Source of the DNA: Novosphingobium sp. UBA6722
GTDB lineage: Bacteria > Pseudomonadota > Alphaproteobacteria > Sphingomonadales > Sphingomonadaceae
DNA: 54,160 nt
Assembly (NCBI GenBank): GCA_002454125.1
Contig: DKII01000092.1
Span: forward strand, 1-54,160
Direction: 5' to 3'
Under the pieces are notes generated by a model. It was not told the DNA's origin. It did no database searches and saw only the letters and a program-made list of their open reading frames with translations. The position numbers and the translations under genes are program-made. Positions 36,897 through 43,860 of the stretch are shown piece after piece (the stretch's first letter is position 1; each line of letters starts with the position of its first letter).

Positions 36897-36954
36897 GATC
36901 GAGCCGCGCTGGTCGGCGCACAGAACATTTTCTGGCTGGGGCCTGTGGCGGGGG

Positions 36955-37722
36955 TCAGGCCGGGGCCGCATCCGCAGCTTCGCGGTGGAACAGCAGCGAC
37001 TGGTCGATCGTGGCGGCAACCGTGGCGGGACTGAACGGCTTGGTGATCAGGTAGGTCGGTTCGGGCCGCTCGCCGGTCAACAGGCGTTCGGGGAAGGCAG
37101 TGATGAAGATCACCGGGACATTGGCCGTTCCCAGGATGTCCTTGACCGCGTCGATCCCGCTCGATCCATCGGCCAGGCTGATATCGGCCAGGATCAGTTC
37201 GGGGTTGGTCCGCGCCGCCAGCACCGCAGCCTCGGTGCGGGTGCGGGCGATCCCGGCGACCTTGTGACCCAGCGATTCAACGATCGACTTGATATCGAGC
37301 GCAATGATCGCCTCGTCCTCGATGATCATGACATTCGATCTTAGCCCGGCACCAATGGCGGCGCGGGCCTGCTCGATCTCGGCACTGACATCGGTAACCG
37401 TGCTGTCGAGGATCACGGCGGCCTCGGCCTCCGAGAATTCCTCGATCGTGGTCAGCAGCAAGGCCTCGCGCGTGTAGAGCGGGAAGCTGGAAATCAATCC
37501 GTCGTGGCCATTGCGGCTGCGCATGCCGCGCCACAGGCGGTGAAACACGCGGTACAGCTCCAGCCGGGGCGGAGCGTCGGTGGTGAAGGTTGCCGGCATG
37601 GCAAGCAACCCCTCAAGGACTTCGCGCACGGCCTGGTCACCCAGTGTTTGCGAACCTGTCACGGCGCGCGCATACCGGCGCAGGAAGGGCAGTTGTGGAG
37701 CGATTTCGGCTTTCAGCGACAT
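36955..37722 (-). CDS. phyR: Anti-anti-sigma factor / response regulator PhyR
   Basis: N-terminal sigma-like LPFLRRYARAVTGSQ; receiver IIEDE, LADISLADGSSG, FITAFPERLLTGERPEP.YLITKPF. Confidence 0.93.
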   Translation of the reverse strand: MSLKAEIAPQLPFLRRYARAVTGSQTLGDQAVREVLEGLLAMPATFTTDAPPRLELYRVFHRLWRGMRSRNGHDGLISSFPLYTREALLLTTIEEFSEAEAAVILDSTVTDVSAEIEQARAAIGAGLRSNVMIIEDEAIIALDIKSIVESLGHKVAGIARTRTEAAVLAARTNPELILADISLADGSSGIDAVKDILGTANVPVIFITAFPERLLTGERPEPTYLITKPFSPATVAATIDQSLLFHREAADAAPA

Positions 37723-37749
37723 GGGTGCTCCTTGGTTCGGCAGGGGCAA

Positions 37750-37808
37750 AACCGCCAGACCGCGAAATAGTTCCACGGGCGATGCAACTTTTTGCTGGCT
37801 CGCAGGTT
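37750..37808. promoter_or_regulatory. Divergent sigma-EcfG promoters (phyR and nepR-ecfG)
   Basis: Minus strand GGAAC-N16-GGTT (37774-37750); plus strand GCAAC-N16-GGTT (37784-37808). Confidence 0.8.
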
Positions 37809-37842
37809 TATGGCCAGCATCTCAAGCACCGAGCAGGACAAC

Positions 37843-38031
37843 ATGGTCGAAAAAAAGAGCAGAAAGGGACGCGCGATGTACGGTTCCGCAATGGCCTTCG
37901 ACCCGGTTACGGCCGCACTCCAGCAGTTGCACCAGGCTGTGGCAAGCGAGGAAGTACCCGAAGAGTTTCTGCGCATTCTTGATGAAATCGACGCTGGGAT
38001 TGCTGCGGCCAAACCCAGTACACCGCAGTGA
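37843..38031 (+). CDS. nepR: Anti-sigma factor NepR
   Basis: ALQQLHQAVASEEVPEEFLRILDEID; between phyR and the sigma factor; start uncertain (37810 or 37843). Confidence 0.85.
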   Translation: MVEKKSRKGRAMYGSAMAFDPVTAALQQLHQAVASEEVPEEFLRILDEIDAGIAAAKPSTPQ

Positions 38032-38588
38032 CAGGCCAAGGGCCAGATGCGGCGGCAACGGTGGCTTCGGCCGATGCTGATCGCATTTTTCGGGACCAGC
38101 TGGTTGCCCTGATCCCTTCGCTGCGTACCTTTGCACGGGGTCTGTGCGGCACCCGCGACCTTGCCGATGACATGGTCCAGGACGCGATGATGCGCGGCTG
38201 GGCGGCGCGGGCCAGCTTCATTCCCGGCAGCAACTTTCGCGCCTGGATGTTCATGATCCTGCGCAACCAGTTCTACACGACACTCCGCAAGAACCGCCGC
38301 ACCGTCAGCCTTGAGCCCGAATTTGCCGAGCGCATGCTGGTCGAATCCCCGGCCCAGCAGCACCAGATCCACCTGGCGGATGTGGGCAAGGCGCTGTTGC
38401 TGCTGCCGCCCGAACAGCGCGAAGTGCTGTTGCTGGTCGGGGCAAACGGGCTGTCCTATGACGAGGCCGCCGACGTGGTTGGCTGTGCAATCGGCACGAT
38501 CAAGAGCCGCCTGGCCCGCGGCCGCAAGGCGCTGGCCGCGCTGATCGACGGACCGACGGGCAATTCTTCGATCGGAAGGGCAGCCTAG
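38028..38588 (+). CDS. ecfG: ECF15 sigma factor EcfG (SigT/RpoE2-type)
   Basis: IPSLRTFARGLCG..DLADDMVQD, FIPGSNFRAWMFMILRN, GCAIGTIKSR..RGR; GTGA overlap with nepR. Confidence 0.9.
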   Translation: MTGQGPDAAATVASADADRIFRDQLVALIPSLRTFARGLCGTRDLADDMVQDAMMRGWAARASFIPGSNFRAWMFMILRNQFYTTLRKNRRTVSLEPEFAERMLVESPAQQHQIHLADVGKALLLLPPEQREVLLLVGANGLSYDEAADVVGCAIGTIKSRLARGRKALAALIDGPTGNSSIGRAA

Positions 38589-38591
38589 CTC

Positions 38592-39359
38592 ATGCCTGAC
38601 TGGATTGCCGTACTGCGCGCGCAGGTTGCAGCGATCGCGGCGGGCCAATACGCCGATGTCACCGCCAATTGCGCCCACGCTCCGGACGAATTGACGGAAC
38701 TGTGCGGCGATCTCGAGCGGCTGGCAGAGATTCTTGCCGAACGCGACAAGGTTCGTGCCTCGCTGGCGCTGGAGGTTCACCACCGGGTCAAGAACAACCT
38801 CCAGATCGTCGCCAGCCTGCTCAGCTTGCAGGCCGGCCGCAGCGATAGTCCGGCCGTGCAGGAGGCGCTGGTTCAGACCCGAGAGCGCATCGAAGCGCTC
38901 GCCCTGGTTCAACGCGCGATCTATGTTCAGGCCAACGATGGCGGGCAGCCCAGCCTGGACGTCGCCAACCTGATCCAGGAGCTGTGCGGTCAGTTTCGCC
39001 GGACCCACAGCGGTCGCTCGGAAGTCGCCTTCTCGTGTAAATCGGCCTCCTTGCTGGTGCCGCTGGACAGCGCGCTGCCGCTGGCACTGTTTGCGGTCGA
39101 AGCCGTGACCAATGCCTATGCCTATGCCTTTCCCGATCGCCGGACCGGTTCGATCCGGCTGCGCTTCACGGTCAGCAAGGCCGGCCTTGCCCGGCTCTCG
39201 GTGGTTGATGACGGGATCGGCTTTGCCACTGATGGCAGTGCGCGGACAACCGGCCGGCTGCTGATGGGCGGCTTCGCCGACCAGCTGCAGGGTCGCTTCA
39301 AGATCACCAGTCGGCCCTCTGGCGGGACGACGGCGCAGCTGGACTACCCAGTGGGATAA
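38592..39359 (+). CDS. HisKA_2 sensor histidine kinase (short N-terminus)
   Basis: EVHHRVKNNLQ, EAVTNA, DDGIG. Confidence 0.88.
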   Translation: MPDWIAVLRAQVAAIAAGQYADVTANCAHAPDELTELCGDLERLAEILAERDKVRASLALEVHHRVKNNLQIVASLLSLQAGRSDSPAVQEALVQTRERIEALALVQRAIYVQANDGGQPSLDVANLIQELCGQFRRTHSGRSEVAFSCKSASLLVPLDSALPLALFAVEAVTNAYAYAFPDRRTGSIRLRFTVSKAGLARLSVVDDGIGFATDGSARTTGRLLMGGFADQLQGRFKITSRPSGGTTAQLDYPVG

Positions 39360-39379
39360 AGGGTCCGCGGTTGCCGAAT

Positions 39380-40405
39380 TCAGCTGTGCGTGATCGTCAC
39401 GCGGGTTCCGGGCTGCGCGTCAGCAATTTCCACCAGCGCATCAAGCTGGCCAGCCAGCGCCTCGACAATTCCGGTTCCAAGGCCGGGCTTGATCGTTTCG
39501 CCGTCCTTGGGAAAGCCGATCCCGTCATCCTCGACCGTCAACACCCAGCCCGTATCCTGCGATCGATAGGTTACCGTGATCTGCCCGGGGCGGCCGCCGC
39601 CGGGGTAGGCATGCTTGAGTGAATTGATCACCAGTTCGGTAACGATCAGCCCGAGACTGACCGAAGCGCGCGCGTCGACAATGCTGGTGTCAACGTCCGC
39701 CAGCAGCGAGAGCTGGCTGTTTTCTGGGATCATCGAGGCTGAAATGCTCTCACAAAGCTCGCTGAAGTAGCTGCGCAGCGGCACCTCGCCCACCTGCGTT
39801 ATGGCCAACTGGCGCTGTAAGGTGGCGACCGACATGACGCGGTGATGGGCGTCATTGAGATGGCGACGGGCCTCTTCAGAATTCACCTTGCGCGCGCTCT
39901 GCAGCAGTACGCTGGCAATGATCTGCAGGCTGTTGGCGACGCGGTGTTGCAGTTCCTTCATCAGCAGCTGCTTCTCGCGCAGCAGTTCGTCGTTCTGCTG
40001 GCCGGCCAGCCGTGCTGCGGTAACGTCTGTCACTGTCATCACGACCAGGACCTCGGCATCCGGGCCTTGGTAGTCGAGCCGGTGTGCGCCGAGTACCAGC
40101 TGGCAATCAGCCTCGCCGGGGCGGACCAGGGTCATCTCGTAGGCTTCAATCTGAGGCTCGCCATCGGTGACCGTGCGAAGCAGCCGCAACAGCTGCGGGA
40201 CGCCCCATTCACCCTGCCCCAGATCGGCCAGCAAAGGACGTCCGCCCCCACCGCGCCGCAGCTTGAAATCGCGATAGAAGGTGGTGCTGGCGGCAACCAC
40301 CCTGGTTTCACTGTCGAGCAAAACGACCGGTGCCTGAGAGGAAATGATCAGGGCCAGCGCCAGGGTGCTGGTCGAAACAATCGGGTCCTGGGGAGATCTG
40401 TCCAT
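39380..40405 (-). CDS. PAS-like + HisKA_2 sensor histidine kinase
   Basis: PAS-like N-terminus; ELQHRVANSLQ, ELVINSLKHA, DDGIG, GLGTGIV. Confidence 0.88.
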   Translation of the reverse strand: MDRSPQDPIVSTSTLALALIISSQAPVVLLDSETRVVAASTTFYRDFKLRRGGGGRPLLADLGQGEWGVPQLLRLLRTVTDGEPQIEAYEMTLVRPGEADCQLVLGAHRLDYQGPDAEVLVVMTVTDVTAARLAGQQNDELLREKQLLMKELQHRVANSLQIIASVLLQSARKVNSEEARRHLNDAHHRVMSVATLQRQLAITQVGEVPLRSYFSELCESISASMIPENSQLSLLADVDTSIVDARASVSLGLIVTELVINSLKHAYPGGGRPGQITVTYRSQDTGWVLTVEDDGIGFPKDGETIKPGLGTGIVEALAGQLDALVEIADAQPGTRVTITHS

Positions 40406-40550
40406 GGCAAGCCGCCTTCCATTTGCCAAAGTCGCGCCGCAAAGGGGCGGGCTGGTCAGTGTTGTGGCGCGCGGCCAGAAGCGCGCAGGCTGGCTTGGGC
40501 AATTGGTCGACCCCTACCACAGCCCTGGCAGATCGACGCACCCAAACGGC

Positions 40551-40592
40551 AAAAAGTGGGCCCGCCACCCCGATTGATCGGAAAGGCGGGCC
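40551..40592 (-). terminator. Probable intrinsic terminator of the repeat-protein gene
   Basis: GGCCCGCC...GGCGGGCC stem with inner CCGAT/ATCGG pairing, followed on the minus strand by a T tract. Confidence 0.5.
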
Positions 40593-40649
40593 GGTTGAGC
40601 GCCTGACACGCGGGGGGGAGGATCGAAGCAGGCACTCAAGTCTGAAGCA

Positions 40650-41993
40650 TTATTGTCCGCTTGTCCCCAGGCGGCGGTTCAGCCGGTCGATCCGGTCTTG
40701 CAGCTGGGCCTGATTGCGCGCGGAAAGGTTGCCCGCCCGGTCATGCCGCATGTTGCGTTCGCGGTTGCGGATCGCGTTCAGCTCGCGCCGGACGCTGGTG
40801 AGCTCGCCGCGCCTGAGCTGGCGCTGGGCATCGGCCGAGCGGATGTATTGCTCAAGCCAGCTGATCTGGCCCTGGATGCTCTGCCCTGGTCCGGCCTGGT
40901 CATTGCCAGAGCCATAGCCCGATGTGGCAATCCAGCGGCCGCGGCTGTCGTAATAGCCATAGGTGGCACCCGGTACCCAGCGCCCGTTGCTGTAATAGCC
41001 CGGCTGGGGATCGGCGATCCACACCCCATTGGCATCCTGGCGGCCGCTGGCCCTGCCTTCGATCCAGCGTCCGCGCTGATCATAATGGCCGATTGCCAAC
41101 CCGGCGACCCAGCGCCCACGCTGGTCATAATGTCCGCTGGCGGTTCCTGCGATCCAGCGGTCATCGCTGTCATAGTACCCGTTTGAGGAAGCCGGGATCC
41201 AGCGGTTCTGGCTGTCAAAGCTGCCACTGGCAGTGCCGTCATCGCGGTGCGGCACCCAGTTGTTGCGCGCATCATAATGGCCATTTGGCGTGCCGGTGAC
41301 CCAGGTGTTGTTGCGGTCATAATAGCCTGTCGCGCGGCCTTGCTCGACCGAGGTGGCATGCCACAGGCCGCGGGTATCGTAATAGCCATAGGCGTCGCTG
41401 CGCCGCGCATCCTGGCGCTCCGAAGCGGGGATCCAATGGCCGTTGCCATCGTACCTGCCATCCTGCGATCCGGCGACCCAGCGATCGTTGCGATCGTAAT
41501 AGCCGTTGGCAGAAGCGGGGACCCAGCCGACCTGGTCATCATAGCGAACATCGACCCGGGTCGGGCCGGTATGGGCCACCCACCGGTTGTTGGCATCATA
41601 GTGCCCGTTGGGCGCGCCGTCGATCCAGCTGCCCTCGCGGTCGTAATAGCCCCGGGCATTTTCCGCGCTGACGCTGGTGGAATGCCAGCGGCCGTTTTCG
41701 TCATAATACCCATAGGCGCGGCTGCAGTCATTGGCGGGCTTGGCCAGCTGGTTGCCAAGCAGGGCGCCACCGGCCGCGCCGATGACGGTGCCGATAACCC
41801 GGTTGCCGTTGCCGGCCACCACGTTGCCAAGCACGCCGCCCACGCCTGCACCGGCTACGGTCGCGACCACCCGGGTGCTGCGCTGGCGGTCACAGCTGGA
41901 TTCGGTCTGTTGCTGATCGCGCGACTGGGCGCTGGCCGCAATCGGGACCATTGAAATGGCGGCAATGCCTGCCATCAGAATATGCCTTGGCAT
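40650..41993 (-). CDS. Exported glycine-zipper 2TM protein with ~16 G(Y/H)YDxxxxW repeats
   Basis: Signal peptide; GAGVGGVLGN...GAAGGALLGN zipper; repeated GYYDxxGRW; AGGAG RBS. Confidence 0.85.
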   Translation of the reverse strand: MPRHILMAGIAAISMVPIAASAQSRDQQQTESSCDRQRSTRVVATVAGAGVGGVLGNVVAGNGNRVIGTVIGAAGGALLGNQLAKPANDCSRAYGYYDENGRWHSTSVSAENARGYYDREGSWIDGAPNGHYDANNRWVAHTGPTRVDVRYDDQVGWVPASANGYYDRNDRWVAGSQDGRYDGNGHWIPASERQDARRSDAYGYYDTRGLWHATSVEQGRATGYYDRNNTWVTGTPNGHYDARNNWVPHRDDGTASGSFDSQNRWIPASSNGYYDSDDRWIAGTASGHYDQRGRWVAGLAIGHYDQRGRWIEGRASGRQDANGVWIADPQPGYYSNGRWVPGATYGYYDSRGRWIATSGYGSGNDQAGPGQSIQGQISWLEQYIRSADAQRQLRRGELTSVRRELNAIRNRERNMRHDRAGNLSARNQAQLQDRIDRLNRRLGTSGQ

Positions 41994-42036
41994 GTCTTAT
42001 CTCCTGGATGAGCGGTTGCTCATCACCCGGAACGCA

Positions 42037-42061
42037 AACCCGGCGCCGGTCGGTTTGTTCC
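42037..42061 (-). promoter_or_regulatory. sigma-EcfG promoter
   Basis: GGAAC-N16-GGTT upstream of the repeat-protein gene. Confidence 0.8.
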
Positions 42062-42105
42062 ATATGGATCAACTAATTGATTTGTTTGCCGCAATGCTGG
42101 CCGGC

Positions 42106-42143
42106 AAAAACCAGCACCCCTGTCTTGCGACAGGGGCGCTGGT
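42106..42143 (-). terminator. Intrinsic terminator of the CsbD-family gene
   Basis: 15-bp stem ACCAGCACCCCTGTC-ttgc-GACAGGGGCGCTGGT with adjacent A5 (T tract on the minus strand). Confidence 0.75.
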
Positions 42144-42221
42144 GATTTGGCAATGACTCGGCGGAAACATTGCCAAACCGGAGACCGCGGGCTCGGGTCG
42201 CGCCGTGCCCAGTGGTCCGGA

Positions 42222-42404
42222 TCAGAGCTTGTCGCCCATCGCCCCCTTGGCGGTGCCGGCGATCTTCTGGGCCTGGCCCTTGGCGCGTTGGGCAACGCCC
42301 TTGGCCACCATGGCCGGCTTATCGGCCTTTTCGCCGACCGCGATCTTGGCCTTGCCGATCGCGTCGTTGGCGGTGCCCTTGGCCTTGTCGATGAATTCGC
42401 CCAT
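42222..42404 (-). CDS. CsbD-family general stress protein (60 aa)
   Basis: MGEFIDKAKGTANDAIGKAK..VG....GVAQRAKGQAQ...G.AK; AGGAG RBS. Confidence 0.85.
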   Translation of the reverse strand: MGEFIDKAKGTANDAIGKAKIAVGEKADKPAMVAKGVAQRAKGQAQKIAGTAKGAMGDKL

Positions 42405-42453
42405 GTCAGTTCTCCTGCAAACCGCGCGGAAATCGGTGCGGGCTATTTGTGCA

Positions 42454-42478
42454 AACCGGCGCGGTCCGAAATGGTTCC
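42454..42478 (-). promoter_or_regulatory. sigma-EcfG promoter
   Basis: GGAAC-N16-GGTT upstream of the CsbD-family gene. Confidence 0.8.
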
Positions 42479-42513
42479 GACCAGGCCCAGCGAAATCCGA
42501 AAAACGTGAAGTA

Positions 42514-42624
42514 TTATCCGCCGACATTCATGCCGCTGAGCGAACCCAGCACGCCGAACGCCCGCAGCAGCCATAGGATCACGCCGACGACAATCAGCAC
42601 GATAATGATGTTCGTTAGGGGCAT
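42514..42624 (-). CDS. 36-aa membrane microprotein (not in ORF track)
   Basis: MPLTNIIIVLIVVGVILWLLRAFGVLGSLSGMNVGG*; GGGAG RBS; own EcfG-type promoter. Confidence 0.7.
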   Translation of the reverse strand: MPLTNIIIVLIVVGVILWLLRAFGVLGSLSGMNVGG

Positions 42625-42679
42625 AGGGGGTCTCCCACTTGTTTGGAGAAGTCAGAGCCGATGCTCACTTCGGGGAATA

Positions 42680-42735
42680 AACTGCTCGCAAGTCCGAATG
42701 TTCCGGCGATGGAACATTCGCTGCCGCGCCGGGTT
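42680..42735. promoter_or_regulatory. Back-to-back divergent sigma-EcfG promoters
   Basis: Minus GGAAC-N16-AGTT (42704-42680); plus GGAAC-N16-GGTT (42711-42735); the -35 boxes form CGAATGTTCC-ggcgat-GGAACATTCG. Confidence 0.8.
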
Positions 42736-42802
42736 TTTCGGCCATGTCCAACCATGAATCTTTCCGCCGCCTCCCCCGATCAGCACTTCGCGGGGAGCGA
42801 TC

Positions 42803-43633
42803 ATGAAGCGTCTGGTTGCCTTCGACCTCGACGGCACTCTGGCCGAGAGCAAGCAAGCGATCGATGCGGAAATGGCTGGTCTGCTGGAGCAGCTTTCACA
42901 CCTGGCGATCATCGCGGTGATTTCTGGGGGCGATTGGCCGCAGTTTCGCCAGCAACTGGTTTGCAACCTGCCGGAAGGCTTGGCGGTCGAACGGCTGTTC
43001 CTGCTCCCGACCTGCGGTACCAAGCTCTATCGCTGTGCTGAGGACTGGCAGCCGGTCTATGCCGATCTGCTGAGCGAGGACGCCCGCACCCGCATCCTCG
43101 CCGCGTTTGAGGGCGCGCTGGCGCAGGCCGGGATCGCCGATCAACAGACCTGGGGCAAACGGATCGAGGATCGCGGCAGCCAGATCACTTTCTCGGCCTT
43201 GGGCCAGAAGGCACCGCTTGAAGCCAAGATGGCCTGGGACCCGGATTTCTCAAAGCGCGAGCGGCTGCAACTGGCCCTGGCCGCCGCGCTGCCGGGTCAT
43301 TCAGTCAGGATCGGCGGATCGACCTCGATCGACATCACCCAGGCCGGGGTCGACAAGGCCTATGGCATGCGCAAGCTGGCGCAGATTGCGCTGGTCGATT
43401 TTGCCGAGATGATCTTCATCGGCGATGCGCTCTTTCCGGGCGGCAACGACTTCCCGGTGCGCGCAGCCGGGATCGACAGCATTGCGGTGCGAGACACCGC
43501 AGAGACAAAGCGCGTGATCGAAACGCTGATCTACAGCTTGCCGCCTCGCCAGGCACTGCCCGCAGGCGGTGTGCCTGAATTTGCCGGACAATGCCCGCCA
43601 GCGCGCGCCCAAATGGGCGGAATGAGCGACTAA
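42803..43633 (+). CDS. HAD-IIB hydrolase, eukaryote-type phosphomannomutase-like
   Basis: FDLDGTL, ISGGD, IEDRGSQITFS, GGSTSIDI...DK, FIGD.LFPGGND. Confidence 0.85.
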   Translation: MKRLVAFDLDGTLAESKQAIDAEMAGLLEQLSHLAIIAVISGGDWPQFRQQLVCNLPEGLAVERLFLLPTCGTKLYRCAEDWQPVYADLLSEDARTRILAAFEGALAQAGIADQQTWGKRIEDRGSQITFSALGQKAPLEAKMAWDPDFSKRERLQLALAAALPGHSVRIGGSTSIDITQAGVDKAYGMRKLAQIALVDFAEMIFIGDALFPGGNDFPVRAAGIDSIAVRDTAETKRVIETLIYSLPPRQALPAGGVPEFAGQCPPARAQMGGMSD

Positions 43634-43669
43634 ACAGGGTCTTATGCCCGGTCTGGCCAGCTTTGCGGC

Positions 43670-43694
43670 GGAACATTGGCCTTGGACGGGGGTT
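43670..43694 (+). promoter_or_regulatory. sigma-EcfG promoter
   Basis: GGAAC-N16-GGTT upstream of the glycosyltransferase operon. Confidence 0.8.
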
Positions 43695-43860
43695 TAGCTG
43701 CGTGGGGCGAGGCTGCCACGCTTTGCCGCGCCCGCAGCCATGTCAGCCAGGAGTCCCCCATGCAATTGACCGATAACACCTTGCCGCGGGAACTGCCGGT
43801 CCAGTCGATCGCATTGCCCCTTGCCGACCCAGCAGGTCGATCCTGCGGAAGGGCACTGAC

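Noticed and set aside
36897-36954. Possible island boundary or att site between the pectin and stress blocks
   Set aside because: No direct repeat, tRNA end, integrase or transposase seen
40900-41720. Regularly spaced DNA similarity suggestive of a CRISPR array
   Set aside because: Degenerate, in-frame protein repeats; no identical direct repeats with unique spacers and no cas genes
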